Assembly: GCA_016839745.1 (NCBI GenBank) | Contig: JAEOTS010000140.1 | Span: forward strand, 1-13,887 | Source: Promethearchaeota archaeon | GTDB taxonomy: Archaea; Asgardarchaeota; Lokiarchaeia; Sigyniarchaeales; SOKP01 | Reading direction: 5' to 3' | Length of the DNA stretch: 13,887 nt | Shown: positions 1-6,713 of the stretch, piece after piece | Position numbering within the stretch: the first letter of the stretch is position 1 | How the letters are laid out: every line of letters starts with the position of its first letter | Notes under the pieces: model-generated | The model's input: the letters and a program-made list of their open reading frames with translations, nothing else | Database searches by the model: none | What the model was told of the DNA's origin: nothing | Translations under genes and position numbers: made by a program

Positions 1-26
1 TATAATACAAATAAATAAATGAGTGA

Positions 27-57
27 AAAGCTTTTTTATACTTAAGTATAAAGCTTT
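27..57. promoter_or_regulatory. Palindromic, probably bidirectional archaeal promoter or operator
   Basis: Perfect 18-bp palindrome TTTATACTTAAGTATAAA at 35-52, extended by AAAGC (27-31) and GCTTT (53-57) across a 3-T bulge. Each strand reads as a purine-rich BRE-like tract followed by TTTATA. ATG of the first gene is at 95. Confidence 0.55.
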
Positions 58-94
58 AAATGGGAGTTAAAAATAAAATAATCTAATATCTCTT

Positions 95-1495
95 ATGACC
101 GACCAAGGAAGCTATAACTCAGCACTGCAAGAAATTAAGAGTATTTTTTCTTTTCTTACAGAGGGTGAGCCCACTCCAGATGACGAGATCGAAGCCAAAG
201 ACAAACTAATTAATCAATTCAGCAGATTAAAAAGCAATAGTACATATTCTGAAGAAATTACTTTTATTGAAGGCATTATACAGAAATTAGACGAATGGGA
301 TACGCTCGATCTTTGGTTTTCAGAAACAAGTCTTCCAGATGATATTATGAAAATTTTAAATATACCTACAAAGACCGAAACCACTAAAGAAGAAAAATTA
401 ACTGACATACAAGAAACACCTATTGAACAGACAAACGGAGAATCAGAAATTGATCTGACAGATATCTTTAGTAAAGTTTCAGATCAGTTTAAAGGGGAAA
501 TTGAGACTTTAAAGGGAACGATTGACAGTCTTAAGAAAGAACTGGAGAAGAAGGACGAATCTGTTAAACTTCCAACTCGTAAACGGGAAGTTCATAAAAT
601 AACTCCTAATCCAAATGCAAAATTAGCTCCACCTGTAATTAAAATACCTTCAATAAAAAAACTTGTTAAACCACCTCAGGTTAAACAGCAATCAATTCCA
701 AAAACTCCAACTACACCTGTTAGCGAAAACTATGACACATTTGAAGAACAGTTAACTCCAATTCCTGCTGAACCAGAAGAAATACCTTTACCCGTTGAAG
801 AAAACGAGTTGACTCCTATTCCTAAAAAAGTCCCTAATATAGAAACTGTCGTTATAGAAGAATCAAAAGAAGAATCGAAGGACAGACCTCTAATAACAGA
901 AAAGAGGAAGATCACAACATTTATACCAGATAAACCAAAAGAAGTATCTGCTTCAGAATCATCCGAACCTAAACCATTTTTAATAGAAAAGCCTAAAATC
1001 TCAGCTGTGAAAATTGAGGAAATCGAAAGTGAATCAATAGTATCAAGTGGATCTGATTTATTTAATGTATTTTCTTCCATGGGGACAAAACCTTCGAACA
1101 TACCACAAGAAATCATTGGATTTACTGATAAACCAGCTAAAATAGAAGAAAAAAAAAAGGATGAGAAGAAGAAAAAGAAAAGTAAAGATACGCAAGAACC
1201 TAGTATCACACCTTTTATAAATTTCAATGATAGCAGTGAAAAAGCTGAACCTGATTTAGAAACTCCAAGTTTGGATAATCTTTCTGATGATAAAGATGCA
1301 CTCTATCAGGAACTGATCGCACTCGAAGGAAGACGTTATTCCTTAGAAAGAAATTTTAAAGATATAGAGAAGAATTTTAATAAGGGCTCGATATCAGAAG
1401 CTGATTTTAAAAGGCAGAACAATATACTTAAAAAACAATTGAATGAAATAACTTTACGAATTAATAATATTAGAGGAGTAATATCCAGCTTATAA
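95..1495 (+). CDS. Pro/Glu/Lys-rich, largely disordered protein with N-terminal helical domain, coiled coil and C-terminal steadiness-box (Vps23 core)-like helical hairpin
   Basis: 466-aa ATG..TAA ORF. Heptad segment near aa 120-155 (EIETLKGTIDSLKKELEKK), Pro-rich low-complexity middle, and aa 403-466 (LYQELIALEGRRYSLERNFKDIEKNFNKGSISEADF...) matching the TSG101 SB pattern by eye. The CDS is secure; the domain call is moderate. Confidence 0.75.
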   Translation: MTDQGSYNSALQEIKSIFSFLTEGEPTPDDEIEAKDKLINQFSRLKSNSTYSEEITFIEGIIQKLDEWDTLDLWFSETSLPDDIMKILNIPTKTETTKEEKLTDIQETPIEQTNGESEIDLTDIFSKVSDQFKGEIETLKGTIDSLKKELEKKDESVKLPTRKREVHKITPNPNAKLAPPVIKIPSIKKLVKPPQVKQQSIPKTPTTPVSENYDTFEEQLTPIPAEPEEIPLPVEENELTPIPKKVPNIETVVIEESKEESKDRPLITEKRKITTFIPDKPKEVSASESSEPKPFLIEKPKISAVKIEEIESESIVSSGSDLFNVFSSMGTKPSNIPQEIIGFTDKPAKIEEKKKDEKKKKKSKDTQEPSITPFINFNDSSEKAEPDLETPSLDNLSDDKDALYQELIALEGRRYSLERNFKDIEKNFNKGSISEADFKRQNNILKKQLNEITLRINNIRGVISSL

Positions 1496-1497
1496 TA

Positions 1498-2271
1498 TTA
1501 TTTTTTGCTACTTTCCCTCACATCAAAAAATGGTGGCATGTTAAGCTTATGATCTGCTGAACTCATCATGTTTTTTACTGTTTTAATATCTTCTTCGTTT
1601 ATGCCTTTAAAATCTAAATTGTAATCAATTCTATAAAGAATTTCGTCTATATCATCATAAGATAAACCAATTTCTCCCTCATCTGTTTGTCCAGGCCAAA
1701 GACCTGCACTTGGAGCTTTTTTTATTATTCTTTCAGGCAAGTTTAAGAATTCCGCAATTTTTTTCACTTCCTGCTTATACAGAGAAGCTATTGGCTCAAA
1801 ATCAGCTGCGCCATCCCCATATTTAGTAAAATACCCAATTGCTAATTCGGCGCGATTACTTGTTCCCGCAACCAAACAATTTCCCTTGGATTGACCAATA
1901 AAATATAATGCCATCATGCGTAATCGGGGCTTGAGATTAGCTGAAGCCAATTTGTTTTTTTTTGGTATCGAACTTGTTATATCTAAGAATTTCTCATATA
2001 CAGGTGTTAGATCTAAAATATCAAAATTGATTCCTAGGTGTTTCGCAATTAATTTAGCATCTTCGAGATCTTGGGATATAGACTCGCAAGGTAAACCCAA
2101 ACAAATTACTTTTTCTTTTCCAATTGCGTTCGTACATAATGTGGCTGTAACTGCGCTATCGATACCACCACTTAATCCCACTACAATATTGGTAGCATTA
2201 GCAGACTTTATATAATTTAAAATCCATTTCTGAATATCAACTACTAATTTTTCATAATTGAGTTCGCGCAT
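1498..2271 (-). CDS. nadE: NH3-dependent NAD+ synthetase
   Basis: PP-loop GLSGGIDS, ANLKPRLRM, GTSNRAE, GYFTKYGDG, PSAGLWPGQTDE; no glutaminase domain. ATG at 2271 (MRELNY) preferred over the TTG at 2322, whose extension crosses a homopolymer tract. Confidence 0.96.
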   Translation of the reverse strand: MRELNYEKLVVDIQKWILNYIKSANATNIVVGLSGGIDSAVTATLCTNAIGKEKVICLGLPCESISQDLEDAKLIAKHLGINFDILDLTPVYEKFLDITSSIPKKNKLASANLKPRLRMMALYFIGQSKGNCLVAGTSNRAELAIGYFTKYGDGAADFEPIASLYKQEVKKIAEFLNLPERIIKKAPSAGLWPGQTDEGEIGLSYDDIDEILYRIDYNLDFKGINEEDIKTVKNMMSSADHKLNMPPFFDVRESSKK

Positions 2272-2421
2272 AATGTCTACTAATCTTTTTTTTTTTAAAA
2301 ATTCATTTAAAAAGCTCTTCAAAAGCTAAAATTCAAATAAGAAATATATGATTATACATTTAAAAAAAACTCTTAATTATCAATTATTGTTTTATTTTTT
2401 TCGAATGAAAATTGATTTACC

Positions 2422-2835
2422 ATGAGTGACTTCAAAGCTATCGTTGATTCATCGTTTGATAATGGGATTCCGTTCTGGATTTACACTAACGATTATATTT
2501 TCGGCATGATTCCCGTAGACGCAAGTGGTACTCGTTGGAAAGAAGTTTCATATACTTTTGAAGAACCAGATAATCCACTTTTTGTTACCGAGAGAGCTGC
2601 GGATTTATCCTTTCAATTTCTACTCGAGGAGGTCGAAAAAGGAGTATCTTTTTATGTTGATGATCTTAAAATTCCATTAATTAAAGAATTCGCAAAAACT
2701 CTTGAAGGAAAATCTGGTCCTGAGAAAATTAATGCACTGATAGTGGAATTAATTAACAATTCGTCCAATTATTCCTCAAAATTACCAATCATTAGAAGTA
2801 AAGACGAACTCGGAACTCTAACAAGTAAAGTATAA
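2422..2835 (+). CDS. Hypothetical protein, 137 aa, alpha/beta, globular-looking
   Basis: ATG..TAA ORF divergent from nadE, protein-like composition, followed by a T-rich tract. No motif recognised. Confidence 0.8.
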   Translation: MSDFKAIVDSSFDNGIPFWIYTNDYIFGMIPVDASGTRWKEVSYTFEEPDNPLFVTERAADLSFQFLLEEVEKGVSFYVDDLKIPLIKEFAKTLEGKSGPEKINALIVELINNSSNYSSKLPIIRSKDELGTLTSKV

Positions 2836-2857
2836 TGAATCTTGTGATAATATAATT

Positions 2858-2873
2858 CTCTTTTTTACCTTTT
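2858..2873 (+). terminator. Oligo-T archaeal terminator candidate
   Basis: CTCTTTTTTACCTTTT about 22 nt after the stop at 2835, in a convergent intergenic region. Confidence 0.45.
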
Positions 2874-2913
2874 AATATTTAATTAATTCTAATTAGGAAA
2901 AGCGCAAATTCTT

Positions 2914-3405
2914 TTAAATATATAAATTCTTTCTTTGAGGATGTTTTTTGGTGAATTCTTCGTCGATTCTTTTAACCATTTGGTGTCCTAAATTCGAATC
3001 TCGTTCTCCAATTATTTTTTTCAAATAATCTCCATGATGTTGAGAATATTTTTCTATTCCTGAAGCAACGATATTTTGATCCTTTTTTATCGGAACAATC
3101 ATACCAAACAATCGAAGCATTTCATCTGGTGATAAAGCTTTACCTTTGCCTGAAGCTTCATCGATGTCTTTATCTATGTTTCGAACAATTGTACCCATAC
3201 TTAGTGACGAATAAGGATTTAGCATTTTCGATTTTAACCAGTAGGCATTAGGTTTTTTTGTTATAAAAGTATCTGTATTTCCATGATCGTCTTTTGATCC
3301 AATAACTCTCCAATCAGTAGGATCTCTATCGTATTCCTTCTTTAATTTTTTTATTATTGGCTTAATCGGAGCTACTCCGTCTTTTTCATCTTCGTTATTT
3401 TTCAT
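2914..3405 (-). CDS. Hypothetical protein, 163 aa, probably a conserved archaeal family
   Basis: ATG..TAA ORF. The pattern DPxxW...W-LK...NPY...G...FG resembles, from memory, uncharacterised euryarchaeal proteins; unverified. Confidence 0.78.
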   Translation of the reverse strand: MKNNEDEKDGVAPIKPIIKKLKKEYDRDPTDWRVIGSKDDHGNTDTFITKKPNAYWLKSKMLNPYSSLSMGTIVRNIDKDIDEASGKGKALSPDEMLRLFGMIVPIKKDQNIVASGIEKYSQHHGDYLKKIIGERDSNLGHQMVKRIDEEFTKKHPQRKNLYI

Positions 3406-3525
3406 GCTTCTGATATTAATAAATAAATTTAACTATAAAAAGATAAAGAATATACAACATAAGAATTAATTAATTACGCTAATAAATTTTTCAGTTTTTA
3501 AATCACCAATAAACTCACGCTATAA

Positions 3526-5409
3526 GTGAATTTGTTTGAAAATATGAAAGAAATAGAAAATCATCACAAAGTTAACCTCTTATTCGAATCAGTTCTAAAT
3601 TCCTTTGAAACTGGAGATCACACAAAAATTTCTGAGAGTTTTAATGATCTAAATAGAATTGAAACTGACTTTTTAAATGAACATAGTAATAGGAAAAAGG
3701 AAGGAGCGTATTACACACGAGAATCCGTTTCAAAGTTCATCGTTTCTCAAGGAATTATGCTTTTTTTAGCTAAGCATCTTAAAAGTACTCAAATTAATAG
3801 CTTGGAGGATATTTACAAATTTGATGTCGATATGAAGACAATAATCAAACAAAAATTACTGAACTTCTCAATCCTCGATCCTGCTTGCGGTCCTGGAGTA
3901 TTTCTTTTATGTACTGTAAATGAAATTTATAAGCTCATACGAAATCTCGAACCTGAATCGGATACAGCAAAAATTAAACTGCATCTTTTAGAAACCCTTT
4001 TTGGCTCCGAGATTAACGACTATGCTCGAAAACTTTGTATAATGAAATTATTTAAGTGGGCTTATACCAAAAACGGCTTAGATAATTCAAAGATATTCTC
4101 AATATTGAAATCGAATATTTTATTGGAAGATAGTTTAGAGATAAAAAAAAGCGCTAAATACGATCTCGTTATTGGAAATCCTCCCTATGGAAATATTTTA
4201 GATAGAAATCAGAAGGATAAGTTAAAATCAGAAAATATTTTTTATAACGATATTTACTGTGCATTTTTATTAAAATCACTTGAATGGACTGATGGAATAA
4301 TCGGTTACTTAGTACCTAAAAGCTTCCTGTTAAGACAAGGATATGTAAAATTTAGAAAAAACTTATTAACTCTTGCTAATCTTCTTAAAATTTACGATAT
4401 AGGTCCTAATCTTTTTGCAAAAGCTACAAATGAAGTTCAAATCCTGTTCTATGAGAAAAAAAGCGATACAATTAAAGATATAGAAGTATATCAATATCCG
4501 AATACTGAAATTACAAAATTTCCTGCTCAAAAGGTTGATCTCTTAAGAATTTGCCTTAATAAAGATTGCCCCTTAAGTGCTCATACTAAGAAGTTTTATG
4601 CTTATATACCTGATTTAAGTTGTCCATACTGTAATTCTAAAACTCTAGCTTTAAATCGCATTAGAATTAAAACAAATAAGAAAGTATTAAACCTAGTCAA
4701 CAAAATTGAAAATTCAGGAGATGTAAACTATCTCAATATCGAGCGAATCCCAAACATGATCAGAGGGGAAGAAGATAGAGGTTTAAAACAAGTCATAGAT
4801 CTCATTGAGCAAAATACAACTAACAGTTGTTATTTTATAAAGGCAAAAGGCGATTTTAATTATTACTATTTTAGGAAAGATAAATCGTTTGATATCGAAA
4901 ATGTAGATCCTAAAGTATTAAAAGGTAAAGTTTTCGAATATTACATATGTCCTAAACTATTAATTAAGCATAATAGTATTTTTCCTCAATCTGTTTTCAG
5001 TAAAGAAAAAGTATGTTTTACATCTTCAATCTATTCAATAATCAGTGATGATCACATAGAGTTAAAGTACATCAACGCAATCCTAAATTCTTCGCTAATG
5101 CAATTTTATTGTCTTTACGGAATAAACAATCAACAAAACACAACAATAAATCTAAATCAATATATGATTCGACATTTGCCAATTAAGGATGCCCCTTTTG
5201 AAAAAAAAGAGAAATTAAGCGAACTTGTACAAAAAGTTATTAACTCTCTTCTAAAAAGTAATGGAACTTATAATGAAACCAACTTATCCATCATTGGAGA
5301 GGTTGAAAATATTATTTTTGATCTCTACGATTTAGAAAACAAAGAACGGGATATCATAGTTTCAGACATTAAAAACCGAGTGGATCTTTATAAAAATGTT
5401 TACGAATAA
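3526..5409 (+). CDS. N6-adenine DNA methyltransferase, gamma class (Eco57I/TaqI-like) with C-terminal specificity domain
   Basis: Motif X EGAYYT, motif I ILDPACGPGVFL (DPACG at 3877), GSEIN, motif IV IGNPPY (4171-4188), LVPKSFL, and a TaqI-C-like tail (KLLIK...SIYSI...YINAILNSSLMQFY...LPI). Start is GTG 3526 or ATG 3544. Confidence 0.9.
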   Translation: MNLFENMKEIENHHKVNLLFESVLNSFETGDHTKISESFNDLNRIETDFLNEHSNRKKEGAYYTRESVSKFIVSQGIMLFLAKHLKSTQINSLEDIYKFDVDMKTIIKQKLLNFSILDPACGPGVFLLCTVNEIYKLIRNLEPESDTAKIKLHLLETLFGSEINDYARKLCIMKLFKWAYTKNGLDNSKIFSILKSNILLEDSLEIKKSAKYDLVIGNPPYGNILDRNQKDKLKSENIFYNDIYCAFLLKSLEWTDGIIGYLVPKSFLLRQGYVKFRKNLLTLANLLKIYDIGPNLFAKATNEVQILFYEKKSDTIKDIEVYQYPNTEITKFPAQKVDLLRICLNKDCPLSAHTKKFYAYIPDLSCPYCNSKTLALNRIRIKTNKKVLNLVNKIENSGDVNYLNIERIPNMIRGEEDRGLKQVIDLIEQNTTNSCYFIKAKGDFNYYYFRKDKSFDIENVDPKVLKGKVFEYYICPKLLIKHNSIFPQSVFSKEKVCFTSSIYSIISDDHIELKYINAILNSSLMQFYCLYGINNQQNTTINLNQYMIRHLPIKDAPFEKKEKLSELVQKVINSLLKSNGTYNETNLSIIGEVENIIFDLYDLENKERDIIVSDIKNRVDLYKNVYE

Positions 5410-5434
5410 CTTAGGATTGAAGTCTGCGATGAAT

Positions 5435-6463
5435 TTAATCTTTTAAATTTAGAATAATATTGCACTCTGAATCACCTAAACCCATAAATTTATCTCTCTC
5501 TATTTCAATTTTAGGATTAAAGTCCTTAATAACAGGTTGCAAATATGGAATGCACATATCTTTACATATAGATTCAATTCTATCGTGTCTCTCGGGGTTT
5601 CTTTCCATTGCAGCTATGTAAGGGCATTCAACGATACTAAATGTAAACTGTTTATCTCCTGCTTGAAAGATGTCATGGATATTACCTTCGCAATTCCATA
5701 TAAAAGAAAGAATATTGACTAAATCATCTAATTTATTTCCCTTGATGTCTAAATACTTTATAACTCTTCTGAAGATAATCCCATATAATCTTTGCCACAC
5801 GATGATATCGAGCTTAAGAGCTGCATCCCATCCTAACTCTCTTTCTGATTCTATTACCCACAATCCATCTAATGTTCTAAAATTTTTTTCAAAGTAAAAT
5901 AGTTTATCTTCCTTCCTAATCTTCCTTATTTCTTTAGAGAGTTCACCCTTTTCACTCTTAGCTAAAGTACTTTCTTCAAAGGAGAAGGAGAAATCACAAT
6001 AACTGCCGCCTAATCCCATATGTTCAGTCCTATTTAGAGCAATATTCTCATTGAAATCTTCAACGACTGAATTATAGAAAGGAGTGCAAAATTCTTTACA
6101 AATTAAAGATTGTTTTTCTGTGCGTTCTGGATTACGATCCATTGCTGCTTTGTAAGGACATTGATTGATTACAATTTTAACTTTATCTTGCTCACGTTGC
6201 ATAACTTTATACTCCCAACCTTCTATAGACCATCGGAAAGTAAGTATATCGATGAAACTGACAAGATCGTTTTTTTCTAACTGTAAATAATTCTTCAATC
6301 TACGAACGATGATTTTCAGTAATTCTTTCCATACTATTACATCAATCTTTAACGCAGTCTCCCAATTAGTCATTTCTTCAGTTTCTATCATCCAGAGCCC
6401 GTCTAAAGTAAAAAAGCTTCTTTCAAAAAAGAACAGTTTATCGTCTTGGTTTACTTTTTTCAT
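5435..6463 (-). CDS. Tandem-duplicated DUF6125-like (V4R/ATC-hydrolase-like fold) protein
   Basis: Two halves of about 160 aa, each with DKLFxFExxFxTLDGLWxIExE...ALKxDxxVW...CPYxAAMxRNPER...CKxxC...MGLGxSxC. ATG at 6463 (TTG at 6466 is one codon upstream). Confidence 0.8.
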   Translation of the reverse strand: MKKVNQDDKLFFFERSFFTLDGLWMIETEEMTNWETALKIDVIVWKELLKIIVRRLKNYLQLEKNDLVSFIDILTFRWSIEGWEYKVMQREQDKVKIVINQCPYKAAMDRNPERTEKQSLICKEFCTPFYNSVVEDFNENIALNRTEHMGLGGSYCDFSFSFEESTLAKSEKGELSKEIRKIRKEDKLFYFEKNFRTLDGLWVIESERELGWDAALKLDIIVWQRLYGIIFRRVIKYLDIKGNKLDDLVNILSFIWNCEGNIHDIFQAGDKQFTFSIVECPYIAAMERNPERHDRIESICKDMCIPYLQPVIKDFNPKIEIERDKFMGLGDSECNIILNLKD

Positions 6464-6495
6464 CAAAAAATCCTAAATTAAAGGTTAAATCTTTA

Positions 6496-6533
6496 AATAT
6501 TGAAATGTATCAATATTATTAATAGTATCAATA
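6496..6533. promoter_or_regulatory. Inverted plus direct repeat upstream of the DUF6125-like gene; candidate operator
   Basis: AATATTGA-N6-TCAATATT (6496-6517) overlapping the direct repeat GTATCAATA at 6507-6515 and 6525-6533. Confidence 0.35.
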
Positions 6534-6691
6534 ATGAAAGATATAATCGCATTTTTTTTAAAAACTCTTTCTCTCGTAAAATCTTGATGCTGTAACAAAT
6601 TACATAAGGAAATATCTATAAATCTTAATTATTGGTAGAGATTTTAGAAGATATAAATATCAAAACTTTTAAATATTGACAATTATTTTAT

Positions 6692-6713
6692 TAATTTAGG
6701 TAACCCTAAATTA
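6692..6713. promoter_or_regulatory. DtxR/MntR-family-like metal-responsive operator
   Basis: Perfect inverted repeat TAATTTAGG-TAAC-CCTAAATTA, between a TATA-like TTTTAAATA (6667-6675) and the GTG start of the metal transporter at 6714. Confidence 0.7.

Noticed and set aside
214-1227. Minus-strand ORFs 214-408 and 730-1227
   Set aside because: Antisense shadows of the Lys/Glu-rich 466-aa gene; their Phe/Ser richness is the complement of AAA/GAA codons.
1916-2215. 99-aa plus-strand ORF
   Set aside because: Lies entirely antisense within nadE and has no motif.
2272-2322. 17-aa N-terminal extension of nadE and the T11 run at 2286-2296 as a phase-variation tract
   Set aside because: The ATG at 2271 gives a normal NadE; the run is probably non-coding, and homopolymers are common in this AT-rich DNA.
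5537-5897. Plus-strand ORFs 5537-5722 and 5670-5897
   Set aside because: Antisense to the DUF6125-like gene; no independent support.
2422-6463. Methyltransferase plus neighbours as a multi-gene defence system
   Set aside because: Genes alternate in orientation, none shows a nuclease, ATPase or helicase motif, and there is no integrase or obvious compositional shift.
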